From assembly GCF_001194135.2 (NCBI RefSeq), contig NC_068990.1:31180476-31244475 (forward strand): 64,000 bases of DNA, read 5' to 3'. The notes beneath the pieces are model-generated. The model did no database searches. It saw only the letters and a list, made by a program, of their open reading frames with translations, and had not been told where the DNA came from. Below are positions 63,545-64,000 of this stretch, one piece after another. This DNA comes from Octopus bimaculoides. Taxonomy: Eukaryota. Every line of letters begins with the position of its first letter. Position 1 is the stretch's first letter. The position numbers were made by a program, and so were the translations under genes.

Positions 63545-64000
63545 TTAACGTGAATTATAAATGACAGCTTCTGTAAAGACTACACTATGAAACACTGCTT
63601 GGCAATATATACTTCATTTCCCTATACCAGATGCCAGGAAATCTGGAGTAAGAATGTTTCTTGAAATGTACATGCAAGATTTTCTTGTTTTATCTGAACA
63701 GATATTTGTAACCCATCAGGCTTTTCTGTTAGATATACAGTTATTCAAAAACTGATGGCAAATGAGTCTTCACAGAAGTCAAATGTTTTTATTCATATAC
63801 ACTATGATAGATTAAGTGAATCACTTGTGTTGCATATTTAGCTTACTTGTAGGAGCAGCAAATTAATATTGGAACAGAGATAACACCTCTACATTTCTCA
63901 TGATAATTATTTACAAAACAAAATTAGTAAAAACAGTTTAAGTATCTTTGAAATTTTAAATATATAATTCTTATTTATAAAGGACTTACTTTTAAAATTT

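Noticed and set aside
60289-64000. TM9SF1 N-terminal exons (VNKVGPY, GEVLDGDRM motifs)
   Set aside because: Searched by eye on the minus strand and not found; presumed to lie beyond the window

Overview
AT-rich, microsatellite- and transposon-dense animal DNA with N gaps next to (TA)n runs. The SINE/MITE repertoire looks like that of Octopus, but the species is an inference. The main feature is a minus-strand gene for transmembrane 9 superfamily member 1 (TM9SF1). I assembled 12 coding exons by hand between 60288 and the stop at 8197; all have GT-AG ends and matching phases, and the protein ends ...YIYVNLKMD*. The N-terminal exons were not found and probably lie beyond the right edge. One intron (30790-60183, 29.4 kb) is far larger than the other ten. 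The remainder is tRNA-derived SINEs of at least three families, decayed LINEs (R4/Dong-like, RTE, CRE-like), Tc1/mariner, Helitron and hAT-like relics, and several MITEs. The most promising leads are: (1) a Ser codon (AGT) at a position that is Gly in all four human TM9SF paralogues, a candidate restorative A-to-I recoding site; (2) concentric and foldback inverted repeats able to form dsRNA in the pre-mRNA; (3) a CpG-retaining left edge with candidate plus-strand exons that could encode a 30-aa microprotein. No CRISPR array, rRNA or genuine tRNA gene was found. Most ORFs in the supplied track are microsatellite, gap or antisense artefacts.
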